NCBI GenBank assembly: GCA_949358305.1
Contig: OX442314.1
Location: 26,970,001 to 27,034,000 of the forward strand
Reading direction: 5' to 3'
Length of the DNA: 64,000 bases
DNA from: Strigamia acuminata
Lineage: Eukaryota
The translations under genes and the position numbers were made by a program. Below are positions 11,066 through 22,700 of this stretch, one piece after another (the stretch's first letter is position 1; each line of letters begins with the position of its first letter). The notes below the pieces were generated by a model. That model did no database searches, was not told the origin of the DNA, and was given only the letters and a program-made list of their open reading frames with translations.

Positions 11066-13338
11066 CTACTACATTTCAAAAGTTTAGAAAGTGAGTGAAA
11101 AATTCACTCACTTTGTGAATAACACCAAAAATATGACTTAAAAGTTAAGCAAAACCAATTTATACCATCAGATTTGAATAAAACAATTATTTTTTATCTA
11201 AAATAGCTTGTAGTTACATATATTTTGTTATATAGTTTAGTTACAAATCGAGATTTTCAAAACATCACTTGTGTCAAAAGTTTAGAAAGTTGAAAAAATC
11301 ATTTCATAAGTTTAGAAAGTGCAACACAATTCCTTTATTTCGACTTGAAAATAGACATTACATATAATTTTGTTTAGTATTTTGTTGGATGGCCTCTGGA
11401 TCGTATAACTGCCTTCAATCTGCGAGGTATTGTAGTGTGGGGCAAAACTAAGTTAACAATTGCGACATTTGAATCTCAAGGCTGCATCTCAAGAATAAAA
11501 GTAGGAAAACCAATGAAATTTTAACTGAATACTGGTCCAACATTCTGCTTTGTTCACCTAAGATTTTATGACAATCTATCCATTAGTTCTAGAGAAAATA
11601 ATTATTTTATGAAGTGACATCAAAATTTAAGAGGCAAAGGTAAGTTAACAAACTCTGTTAACCATCGAGAAACCTTACAACAATGTCTGTTAATGCTTTG
11701 TTGGCCCTCCTTTAGCTTGTACTATTGCTTTCAATTATTCAGCCAGATTTTCAAGCAATTTTAGTAGCACTGTTTTAGACATACTTTACACCCAAACATC
11801 AAGCAAAGCTAATTTCAACTTTAAAACATTTTTTTCTCAACTCTAGAGAAACTTTTTGGTTTAAATCAAGAAATCATCTCATAACTGTTCAATTGGATTA
11901 AGTTTCAAATAACTGAGAAGGCCATTGAAGATGTCTGATTTTTTTTGGTGTGAAATATTCTCACGCAAATTTTGATGTATGTTTTTGGTTGTTATCCTGT
12001 TGCTACAACCAACCCCAATGTTTTTTTATTCTTCAAGATTTCTTTCTAAATTGTCTCTGTAAACATTAGTATCCATTATTTCTTCAATGGATTGGAGATT
12101 TCCAACCTTTCGCATCCCCAAACCAACACTGAACTATTTTTTCAGAGCAGTCACTTCATAAAATAATTTTTTTCTCTAGAACTAATTGATAGATTGTCAT
12201 AAAATTTTAGGCGAAGGAAGCAGAATGTTTGACAAATATTCAGTTAAAATTTCATTGGTTTTGCTCCTTTATTTATCGAGATACAGCCATGAGATTCAAC
12301 ATGTCACAATTGTTTTGCCCCCTACTGTATTGTCTACAATGCCTCGCAGATTGAAGGCGGTCATACGATGCAGACATCATCCAACAAAATACTAAACAAA
12401 ACAATGAAAATGTCCTATTTTCAAGTCGAAATAAAGGAATTATGTTGCACTTTCTAAACTTAAAGGTCATGGGAAGAGAAAAATAAAAATTGAGGAGAAG
12501 ATTGTTTGTGTCATTATTAGACCAAATCCATTGTTGAAACGTGTTCAATTGTTTCAAGAGTGTTATATCGTTCGTTTAAACGTTTGAAAATTCTCAAATG
12601 TCCTCCATTTTTAGTTTTCGAAAGTTTCCAAAAGTTGCCGTTGGTGGCGCTATTTATGACGTCATCGGCGACAAACAAGCAGCTTTTTAGCATGGGCTTG
12701 GCTTCATTTAAGAGCTACAAAATTTTTTTTCCAAATTTGACAACACTGTTAGGTTATTGGGATTTTAATATTCAGTAAATATTCCAATTTGCTATTTGTT
12801 GCAAGTGTATAGGTTCAAAAGAACTAATAATAAATTTTCGTAGCTCTTAAATGAAGCCAAGCCCATGCTAAAAAGCTGCTTGTTTGTCGCCGATGATGTC
12901 ATAAATAGCGCCACCAACGGCAACTTTTGGAAACTTTTGAAAACTAAAAATGGAGGACATTTGAGAATTTTCAAACGTTTAAACGAACGATATAACACTC
13001 TCGAAACAATTGAACACGTTTCAACAATGGATTTGGTCTAATAATGACACAAACAATCTTCTCCTCAATTTTTATTTTTCTCTTCCCATGACCTTTAAGA
13101 AATGATTTTTGCTACTTTCTAAACTTTTGACACAAGTGAGGTTTTGAAAATCTGGATTGATAACTAAACTATATAACAAAATATATGTAACTATAAGCTA
13201 TTTTAGATGAAAAATAATTGTTTTATTCAAATCTAATGGTATAAATTGGTTTTGCTTAACTTTTAAGTCATATTTTTGGTGTTATTCACAAAGTGAGTGA
13301 ATTCTTCACTCACTTTCTAAACTTTTGAAATGTAGTAG
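11066..13338. mobile_element. Tc1-derived palindromic element with transposase remnants
   Basis: TA TSD; arms start ctactacatttcaaaagtttagaaagtgagtg. Both arms carry PRRLKAVIR..HPTKY. The central minus-strand remnant (about 11690-12130) reads SVLVWGC, QQDNNQKHTS, WPSQ..LNPIE, LKAIVQAKGGPTKH with stops and frameshifts. Confidence 0.9.
12464..13094. mobile_element. TTAA-targeting MITE (Kolobok-like)
   Basis: TTAA TSD (12460-12463 and 13095-13098), AGG...CCT termini and near-perfect TIRs of about 260 bp. Confidence 0.85.
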
Positions 13339-14103
13339 TATCTTCTGCTTCTTTTTATTATTAAACAATAACAATCGTTTCCATGGCTACAATTGGAGCG
13401 AGACATAGGCCTATCAATACACAGGGACTCCTTCGATTATTTTTTTTTAAGTTTTAATTTTAATACTTTTCTAATTCTTCAATATCGTTCGAAATTTTGG
13501 TGTGTTATATATATATCTGCCATTTATCAGCGATTATTGGATTCTTATCGTTGAAAACGGGAGAAAACACGAGAATCTCGTGTTTTCTCGCGTTTTCTCA
13601 GGTACCGCGTACCGGTACCGCGTTACTTTTGGCGGACGCAGCAAGTACCGCGTACCGGCACCGCGTTACATTTCTCCGTTGGCGCAAGTACCGGTAACGG
13701 TACCGCGGTACGTGTTGGAAGTACCGTGCCCAACACTGGACGCAGGTCAACCTTGGGTGGCCAAGCGGTCACAATCCATGAGGCAAATATATTGAAAAAA
13801 ATTGCAGCAAAGTGTGAGAAGCTTTACAATCACAGTTTCCAAAGACTTTGTGTTTTTTTAATTCTATCTTGTCAAAATGATGCCTCATTTTCCGTGTTAT
13901 TATTTTCTCCTGACAGGTTTCTTCCAAATCAAATTTATAATTTTGGTTTGAAAGTGTAAACACGTAAAATATTAATATTAAGTTATAAAAACTGCAACAG
14001 CAACACAGAAGCAACAGCAGTACTTGTAAATCCATATTTCAGTAAATTTGTTGGCAGTTGGAATCTATGGGCATCGATTTAAACACCCCCCATTTTGGCT
14101 TAA

Positions 14104-17100
14104 TTTTCCCCCGAAGTTCAATTTAATTTTTCCCCAACCAAAACCCCCCCTGGAAACTTTAAAGAGGCTGTAAACAAAGATGTAAATTTGGATTTTGCTT
14201 TGAGCACGAGACGTCGGGACACCCTGCCCCTCGAGTCCGGTCCTGCGGAATGGTTTCTCGATTCTGGTGCCACTTCCCACATGACAGGAAATGAGATATT
14301 GTTTAAGACTTTGGATTCTGGTGCAGCTCGTATGGTCATTTTGGCGGATGGGACCGCTGTCCAAGCTACTGGCATCGGGACAGTTGATTTAATAGTTAAA
14401 TATGAAGGAGTGTGCCGTACATTACACCTGGATGAGGTGTTATATGTGCCGTCGTTAACGAACAATTTATTTTCGGTTGGCCGTGCTATTAAAAAGGGAT
14501 GCTCTGTATTGTTCGTGGACGGATTTTGTAAGATAGTGGATATGAATGCTCGAGTTGTGTTAGAGGCAGAGATGAAGAATACCTTGTTTGCGTTTAAAGC
14601 CTCATTGGGAAGATGTTCCATATCACCTGATGAAGCAGAGGCTGGTTTTGCTGGGAAAACCGTCACACAGTCTAACCAAGAATTAGACACTGTTCTCTGG
14701 CATCGAAGATTTGCACACCTAAATTTTCAGGATTTGAAGATATTGGTCACAAGGGACATGGTTAAAGACTTACTTTTGAAAAATCTCAAGCCATTGCCGT
14801 TGTGTCAGGCATGTGTGACAGGAAAGCTTACTCGTTCTCCATTTAAGTCGGTCCAGTCGATTAAGAGTACTGCACCTCTCCAGATGCTACATATGGACCT
14901 TTGTGGTCCGATGACCGTACCATCTTGTGGAGGATCAGTTTACATGTATACAATCGTGGACGATTATTCAAGAGCAATTTTTCTGAAATTTTTAAAAACT
15001 AAAGATCAAGTTACTGAAGTATTTAAGGAGTTCTTAGCGGTACAACAGAACAAGTATGATATGCGCGTCAAGACTGTAAGAACCGACAATGGGACTGAAT
15101 TTTTGAATAAAAGATTCGCCAATGTTATGGCCCAAAATGGCATTGAACATCAGAAAACTGTAATTTATAGCCCAGCCCAGAATGGAGTTGCTGAGCGCAG
15201 TAACAGAAAAATTTTGGACAAGACACGCACCATGTTGCAGGATGCTAAACTCCCTATGGAATATTGGGCAGAAGCGGCTGCAACGGCAGCCTATATTGGG
15301 AACAGGTCGCCAACTAAGCGTTTTGTTGGACAAACTCCTATAGAACGCTTGACCGGTGTGAAACCAACAGTTAAACATCTACGGATTTTTGGGTGCTTGG
15401 CATATGCTTGGGTGCCAAAGCAGCATCGTAAGAAATTGGAACCCAGAGCAAAACCAGTAATATTCGTTGGTTACCCTAATTTACAACCAGGATGGAAATT
15501 CATGGACCCGCGGACAAATCAAATAATTATTTCTCGCGATGTCCGGTTTGATGAGACAAAGAATGGGAGTGATTTGTTGCAAAAACATAATCAACTGGAG
15601 CCAATGATGTCATACATACCGGAATCAGCCCCAGTTGAAGTTGAAACAACACCGCCTATTGATCAACATGAGAATCAACCAGTGGTTAGGAGACAGTCAA
15701 CTAGAATTCGTCGACAAGTTCAGCCATATCAGGTTGCTGATTGGCGTAAACACCGCGATCGAAAATGGGCGAGTGCACGTGACGCTGCACGTCATGTTAA
15801 TCACAATGGTTTACCCGAAACGGGTCTCTCCTCGCACCATGCTGAAGAAGCGATTATAGAACCACAGAACTATAAGCAAGCGATTGAATCAGAAGAAGCT
15901 GAGCAATGGAAAAAGGCCATGGATAATGAAATGGATGCTCAGCGAGAACGTAAGACTTGGAGACTGGTATCAAAACCAGAACAAGCCAAAGTGATTGGCT
16001 CAAGATGGGTTTATAAGAAAACGATGGACCCAAGAACAAATTTACCAAAGTTTAAAGCACGGTTGGTTGCGCAAGGTTATAGGATAACAAAAGGCATTGA
16101 CTTTGAGGAATCATTTGCACCTGTTGTTCGTTTATCTACAATTCGCATGCTTTTTGCGATGGCAGCAATATTTCAATTACTAATTTTTCACTATGACGTG
16201 AAAGCTGCTTATTTACATGCCAAATTAAAAGAAACTGTTTATATGGCTCAACCACCCGGTTATGAACAAGATTTTGACGTACCTCGTGTCTGCTTGCTCC
16301 TGAGTGCAATTTACGGGCTTCCGCAAGCTGGGCGAGCATGGCACGAGGCCCTTAATCGAATATTGCTGGACGTTGGATTTAAGAAGTTGACCATAGATTC
16401 GTGTGTATATTTTTGTTATGATCATCAAAAGTTAATTTGGATGGCCGTGTATGTGGATGATCTACTGGTGTTTACAAATAACCAAGACTTTATGAACCTA
16501 CTATTGCAGAAGATAGGACAGAAGATTGATATAGTTAATCTTGGACGGGTCAAGAACATACTCGGCATTCAGGTCGAAACTAATGATGAAGATGGCTCTA
16601 TTGCAATCCACCAAAGGCCTTATATTGAGCAATTACTCCAAAAATTTGGCATGGAAAATGCCAATACCGTAAACACACCAATGGATCTTGCTCAGAAGTT
16701 TGAAGATCCAACTTACCCAAAGGGAAATCCACTCGAGGATAAGCCTTACAGGGAAATCATCGGATCATTGATGTATTTAGCACAAGGTACAAGACCCGAT
16801 TTGGCTTTTGCGGTATCAAGCCTATCACAATGGCTAACCCAGCCATTTGAATGTCACTGGACAGCCGCAAAAAGGATCTTGAGATACCTTAAAGCAACGA
16901 AAGACTACAAGTTAACTTATCGAAGAGAATTAAATCAATTAAGAGGATTCGCTGACTCCTCCTGGAACACCCCTTCTCATGATGCAAAATCATTTGCAGG
17001 TTACATAACCCTTATTGGCGGCACCGCCGTCACATGGCAGTCGCGCAAGCAACAGTTGGTTGCACTCTCTACTTGCGAGGCCGAATTTGTGGCCCTCGTA

Positions 17101-17620
17101 GAGTTAGCGAAGGAGGTTAAGTGGCAGAGTTCCTTCCTGAGTGAGCTCAAGTTGGACTCTATCGTACGACATCCTATTAAATTGTATTGCGATAACCAGG
17201 CGGCGGTCGCCTTAACCAAGAACCCACAGTTCCACGCTCGCACGAAACACTTCCAGCGTCGCGTCCTATTTTTGCGGGATGATGTAGCAAAAGGAGTTTA
17301 TGATATTGAGTTCGTACCGACAGATAAGATGTTGGCAGACGTCATGACGAAAGCCTTATCCAAGCCAAAGTTGGAAAATGTTTTGAAATTTATCGGACTT
17401 TATTGAATTAACATTTGAGTCAAAAAATGTACATTTATAATTTGAAATAGTTTAATTACTAAAGTATGCAACGTGGGCGAGTGTTGATATTAAATGCGTT
17501 GCTTAGTAATGTAACAATGATTTTAGGTTGTATGTTTGTTGTGTTACAAAAAAGAGGAATAAATATGGAGTGATGTGAATGTATTCAAAATTAACGTTGT
17601 GTGCTGAAGTTATTCCAACA
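14104..17620 (+). mobile_element. Ty1/Copia LTR retrotransposon, 5'-truncated (no gag, no 5' LTR)
   Basis: pol ORF followed by a purine-rich tract (gtgggcgag) and a 139-bp LTR tgttg...caaca at 17482-17620. No matching LTR upstream. Confidence 0.9.
14188..17406 (+). CDS. Copia Pol polyprotein (protease, integrase, RT, RNase H)
   Basis: WFLDSGATSHM; LWHRRFAH..C..C; LHMDLCGP; RTDNGTEF; QNGVAER; KARLVAQG; YVDD; ADVMTKAL, in Copia domain order. 1072 codons uninterrupted. Confidence 0.95.
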   Translation: MDFALSTRRRDTLPLESGPAEWFLDSGATSHMTGNEILFKTLDSGAARMVILADGTAVQATGIGTVDLIVKYEGVCRTLHLDEVLYVPSLTNNLFSVGRAIKKGCSVLFVDGFCKIVDMNARVVLEAEMKNTLFAFKASLGRCSISPDEAEAGFAGKTVTQSNQELDTVLWHRRFAHLNFQDLKILVTRDMVKDLLLKNLKPLPLCQACVTGKLTRSPFKSVQSIKSTAPLQMLHMDLCGPMTVPSCGGSVYMYTIVDDYSRAIFLKFLKTKDQVTEVFKEFLAVQQNKYDMRVKTVRTDNGTEFLNKRFANVMAQNGIEHQKTVIYSPAQNGVAERSNRKILDKTRTMLQDAKLPMEYWAEAAATAAYIGNRSPTKRFVGQTPIERLTGVKPTVKHLRIFGCLAYAWVPKQHRKKLEPRAKPVIFVGYPNLQPGWKFMDPRTNQIIISRDVRFDETKNGSDLLQKHNQLEPMMSYIPESAPVEVETTPPIDQHENQPVVRRQSTRIRRQVQPYQVADWRKHRDRKWASARDAARHVNHNGLPETGLSSHHAEEAIIEPQNYKQAIESEEAEQWKKAMDNEMDAQRERKTWRLVSKPEQAKVIGSRWVYKKTMDPRTNLPKFKARLVAQGYRITKGIDFEESFAPVVRLSTIRMLFAMAAIFQLLIFHYDVKAAYLHAKLKETVYMAQPPGYEQDFDVPRVCLLLSAIYGLPQAGRAWHEALNRILLDVGFKKLTIDSCVYFCYDHQKLIWMAVYVDDLLVFTNNQDFMNLLLQKIGQKIDIVNLGRVKNILGIQVETNDEDGSIAIHQRPYIEQLLQKFGMENANTVNTPMDLAQKFEDPTYPKGNPLEDKPYREIIGSLMYLAQGTRPDLAFAVSSLSQWLTQPFECHWTAAKRILRYLKATKDYKLTYRRELNQLRGFADSSWNTPSHDAKSFAGYITLIGGTAVTWQSRKQQLVALSTCEAEFVALVELAKEVKWQSSFLSELKLDSIVRHPIKLYCDNQAAVALTKNPQFHARTKHFQRRVLFLRDDVAKGVYDIEFVPTDKMLADVMTKALSKPKLENVLKFIGLY

Positions 17621-17751
17621 AATATCTCTCCCATAATAACACAATGAATTGAATATAGACATGAAAAAATACATACGGTTTTAAAGTCCACTCCGGTGAA
17701 AATTTAGCACTCAATCCACATAAAAACACCGCATTGCAGCTATATTGATGT

Positions 17752-17890
17752 TTTGTGAAAGTTGACAAGTAATTATTATTTTAAAAAATTTATGAGATTT
17801 TGTGAAAGTTGGCAAGTAATTACTATTTTAAAAAATTTATGAGATTTTGTGAAAGTTGGCAAGTAATTACTATTTTAAAAAATTCATGAA
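17752..17890 (+). repeat. 47-bp tandem repeat, about 3 copies
   Basis: ttttgtgaaagttggcaagtaattactattttaaaaaatttatgaga repeated. Confidence 0.85.
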
Positions 17891-18357
17891 ATTTCTGAGA
17901 ATTGTAATGAGTGGTTCGTGACTTACAGTACATAGATATCACAAATGCGAAATTTCATTTTGTGAAGTAGCAAAATACTCAATTCCCCATCACATTAGAT
18001 TGTACAATGTGTTTCACTCCTTCATGCACAATTGCCTATCTTGGCATGGTTTATTGTCTACGCGCAATAGGCCGATTACCATCGTAAATCAACACAAAAG
18101 GGACATTCACAATTGAGAGAAATCCAAAAAACTTACTTGTCCAGGTACATGATCTTGAAGATAAATATACTGTATGTTGGATGAATTGTGTGTATACAAA
18201 TAAGTTGCCAGCAGAAGTGTCCAAACCAGAGATGATTATTAAATGATGCTAAGACTTGTTGTTAAATGTGTTTACGACGTGAAGTAATGTTGCATAAAAT
18301 TGATATTAAAATGTTATTATGTCATTAGTATGATATATGAGACAAGCCATTTTAATC

Positions 18358-18560
18358 ACTTTTTTGTTTAAAACTTGACAATTTTTGTGACTTTTTTGTT
18401 TTAAACTTGACAATTTTTGTGACTTTTTTGTTTTAAACTTGACAATTTTTGTGACTTTTTTTGTTTTAAACTTGACAATTTTTGTGACTTTTTTGTTTTA
18501 AACTTGACAATTTTTGTGACTTTTTTGTTTTAAACTTGACAATTTTTGTGACTTTTTTTT
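18358..18560 (+). repeat. About 31-bp minisatellite, about 6 copies
   Basis: gacttttttgttttaaacttgacaatttttgt repeated. Confidence 0.9.
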
Positions 18561-19416
18561 ATTACAATTTCACAATTTTAAGAGTGAAAAATTAACAACT
18601 TAAAAGGAAAGTGTTTTAGTGACAAGAAACGCCATTGGTACAAAATGGCTACGTGGAAACTCGAGAATAAAGAGTCAGTTGGAAATGCAAAACGGATAAA
18701 CTTTTCTATACCATGACAGGAAAATGCTTTGGTACAAATGACTAATAATAAAAGGTGTCCTTGTTCCATGAAACATGATTTATACAAATTGAGAAAAATC
18801 TAGCATGTATTTGAGTGTATTGTAGCAAATGAAGCGTGCCGAATTTATTGGTAACTTTAAAAATTGTTTGTGATCATTGTTTCAATGAGTTTTAACTTCT
18901 ATTTTTGAAACTGTAAAGATAGACATTGTTTACCTATTACAAAGTTTTAGAACACCGTTTAATTAGTCTAAAAATATTTAAAGATTTATCATTTGTGGGG
19001 AAATTTTTTGAGAAAAAAATGAGAACAATGCTTTCTACCAAATAACACAGCGGCCTACTTGCACTGCAATCACGCTGTCATGCTCTAACGATCCTGCTGC
19101 AATCGTTGCAGCAAGAGGCCGAAATGGTAACTTCCATCCTAAATTAAAAAATTTAATGGTAAAACATTCCATATACATATAACCAGGCAGATGTGTGTGA
19201 TGTTGGGGCGTGTCATCTAGCGCGGCATTTTAGAATAGCGACTCAGTCTACTGCGACACAATTTACAGCGACTCAGTCACCGCCTACAGCCCCCGAATCT
19301 ACAGCGACACAACCTACACCTAATTCAAAGCAGAAAAAGAACACTGTACATCTGACACACATGACACAACTAAAAATAAACATACTTCAAAATGACAGAA
19401 TTCAACACTCAGATAA

Positions 19417-19505
19417 TAGTGAGTTTGCGGTTGCCAATTGTTCCTTATAATTATGAGTTACAAGCTCATAATTATAAGGAACAATTGGCAACCGCAAACT
19501 CACTA
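19417..19505. repeat. Perfect hairpin (41-bp arms, 7-nt loop), probably a tiny MITE
   Basis: tagtgagtttgcggttgccaattgttccttataattatgag, loop ttacaag, then the exact reverse complement. Confidence 0.9.
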
Positions 19506-19741
19506 CTATGACAAAATTATTACAGTATATATAATAATATAATGATAAAATCGAAATCTCACAAAATTTCTACTTGAGTAAGCCTACTGAATCTGAGAAT
19601 GCACGATATAATTAATTTTAAGAATTGAAGTGGATGTTTTATTTAGCTAAGAGATAAGAAAAAAGATGGGATAAATAGAAATGCATTAAACAGTATCAGA
19701 TCTAAGCTAAACATATACCGTAATTTTTAAAATACCAGTGC

Positions 19742-22700
19742 TTAAGAAAAATAAAATCTTATAGTTTTATAGAAGTTTTGAAATAACTCTGGTATGACCA
19801 GCAATGACAGACCAAAAAATAAACCAAAGGTATTTCCGATTTCACAGAAAAGAGCTTCGAGGCTGTATTTACGAACTTCAACGTATTGCTCGATGATATT
19901 TGTAGCTGGCGTTGTCATAAGAAAATGTAAATCCGATGTTTCAGGTTCGTAAAAAAAAAGATTTGTTCGTAGAACAACTCTCTTGCAAGTAGGCTGACAG
20001 CCACATTCTCCGTTTGTGTTGATATTCAGTGATAAATTAATGAATGTTGCCAAGGCTTCTTTAGCTTCTGAAGCGGAACTGCACACTTTGGCGAATGTGT
20101 TATTGGTAATTGGTAATCTATAGTTTAAAATTCAAATATGTTTTCACATTTGTGGTCCGTTACGTGCGATGCAACTGCTAATAACTTACCGACACGAGAT
20201 TAATTTGAATAACTTTTCTTGAAAGCATTTGTCCTGGCATCTGATGTACTCTTCTTCGTTTTCAACACATGGGCGTGATTTCATATTTAGTGAAATTTTC
20301 TACAAGTATAGCGCCGAGAATTGGTTAAATTACTTTTCTGTTTTCTTTTCATAGTTTGGGGTTTTCGTGATGGCGAGTAAACAATACATAAATGCATAGG
20401 TTACGTTTAGTTTTAGAGCCCATCCCAGTAATATGAAAGATTCCAGTTGCAATAAAATCTTAATACAGGTTGAGACTTAGAAACCTGACTTATTCATTTT
20501 GTATTATATATTTTGTATTATATTTTGCAAATAATGATAGATAAACTTAAAAAAGCTAAACAAAAGGGCGGTTTTTTTTTGTCCTTGACTGTTTCAGCTT
20601 GTCAATATTCTGTGGTCTTGTGACAAGAGACTTTACTTGTAAAGTAACCCCCATTGCCAATAATCACATGTGCTTCAGGGTGGAGAAAATGGAGGCTAGG
20701 GGTAATGCCATTCCGTGAAATTAGAAGCCCCAGAAATATTTGATGCAAAATAGTCATTGACACGTTTGCTGTACGGGAAGGAAGTTTTCCCATCTTGTTG
20801 TGAGACCGCAGTGTCCATACCAATTTGCAAACATTTTCCATTTTCCACCTATAAAAATGGCATTCAAATATCTGTATAATGATTGTAGTTTCAAATAAAA
20901 ATTTTAATTATTTATGGGGTAATTACTTTTGCAAAATCGGCGGGTCTCTCTGGTTCACCCGGTATTAGAAGGGCTTTTAGATAAGTTATAAACTCACACA
21001 TTTTTAAAAACTCATGAAGTGCAATAGGATTTTTTTGTTTTCAAATCATGTGTTAAATTTTTCAGAAATAATTGTTGAAAAAGGGAAATTATTTATGTCA
21101 GAAATATAATATATTTTACTTCTAGAGATGATATTTGCAGTATCGACACGGTAGAGTAATCAATGTTCCGTCTACTTGTAAGAATTGATTGTACTTTAGT
21201 TCCAGGTGGTCGAAGATACATCTACAAAATTTAAAAAAAAAAATTGAAACTACAATAATAGAAAACAAGGCTATCACAATTTTTACAGCACATAGCAGTG
21301 GTTCTTAACTTTTTAAAAGGCCATGAAACATTTTTTGAGTATTTATATTGTTGCGTTCCTGACGGTTCCAATTGAATTTTCACAACAACACTAAATTTAT
21401 ATTTAGTCACTATGGGATTTTCTAAGTGTGAGAGATCCCGGCGTTCACCTGTGGAAGCAGTTGAATGCCGTTTATAGGTCTTCTATCGGGTGGGTTAGCC
21501 GTTAACTCGGTGTCTAGGGATTTGATCTCGAATAAAGACTAGTTTAGTTATTTTAAATCAAACAGTTAATCAATTTATTAAGCGTTAATTACAGGTTCAA
21601 TTGACGAGAATGATAATAAAATGGGTTCTATGAGGATAATGTCGTCGGCGTAGAAGGCGACGTGCTCGAAGCAGCGCGGGTCTCCTTCGGGCGGGAAAAA
21701 GCAGTGCAGAAATGGCGACTCGTCGCCGCGCAAATTCTGCGAAGAGGGAAAGGAAGCGTGAAGCCGAAAGACTTCACAAAGTGGTCCGGCTGTTAAGCCT
21801 GACAATACGGGAAATCTTAGGTTAAACCCTAGATTGCAACGGGAGATTTCCGTTGGCGACAAGTAGTCAAACGGCGGGTACCGCCGATCGTTAAAACCTG
21901 ACTGGAGATCCGCTACAATCTGAATCGGAATCGTCGTCAACAGGTCGAGGAGCGGCGACGATGGCTCTGCAATCCTCGGCGGCTGGCTGGCGTCGATCTT
22001 CAACGGCGCGGGCGCGTTGGTCTTCGGGCGGCGGCGGGAACGACGGTGGTTTGGGCCGTCGTGCGTCGTCTTCGCAGCTCGGAAAGTGATTCGTTTGAAC
22101 GTTGGTTCAAACAAATCGGGTTGAAACTTGGCAAACTCACGAGTCACGGACAAAACAGTGTTTTTGGTTAGTGAACAAAGCTGTGTCGGTGTGAACGGTA
22201 TGAGTGTGATGCAAAGAGTGAGTAATAATTCGAATTATTGCTCAAAATATGGCCGGAAAACGGCCAGTGCGCAGGCGTGGCGTGTGCCAAGGCACGCTTC
22301 AGCCCTAGCAACGGTGCAAAATTTGGGGATTGACTTAGCAACGCCCCAATCCAGGGCTCAAAATGCCAGGGCAGCCGTTACAGCTTCTGGGCCAATTGCC
22401 CAAAAGCGCAACAGGTGCACGGCAAAAAACACAATTCTAATGATTATGGTTAAAATATAAATAATATCTTAAAAACGTGGTAGAAAAACTCCACCACAAA
22501 TGAAGTGAATATTTGAGATCGCAACAATATCTAGACCGAACTTAGCAGCGCCGGCTCAAGATAGGAACAAGCGGTGCAATTGCGCAGGGCGCCATGACGA
22601 ATGGGACGCATTAATGCGCCCAAAATTTACCTACGAGCATTAAAAACAATCGCACTGGACACTGATTGACTTTTAGCTGCCCCTGGGACGAAGGCAGGTC

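Larger units (their letters stand above)
10724..13738. mobile_element. Non-autonomous hAT element
   Basis: TIR cagtgttgggca/tgcccaacactg; 8-bp TSD GACGCAGG (10716-10723 and 13739-13746); GTACC-rich subterminal motifs. Confidence 0.9.
10199..13773 (-). mobile_element. Solo LTR interrupted by nested DNA transposons
   Basis: TG...CA ends with 5-bp TSD ATCCA (10194-10198 and 13774-13778). After removing the insert, the rc matches the solo LTR at 27456-27955 (tgtgaccg.ttgg.ca.cc...). Confidence 0.8.

Noticed and set aside
12560..12998. Two identical short ORFs on opposite strands
   Set aside because: They are the two TIRs of the TTAA MITE.
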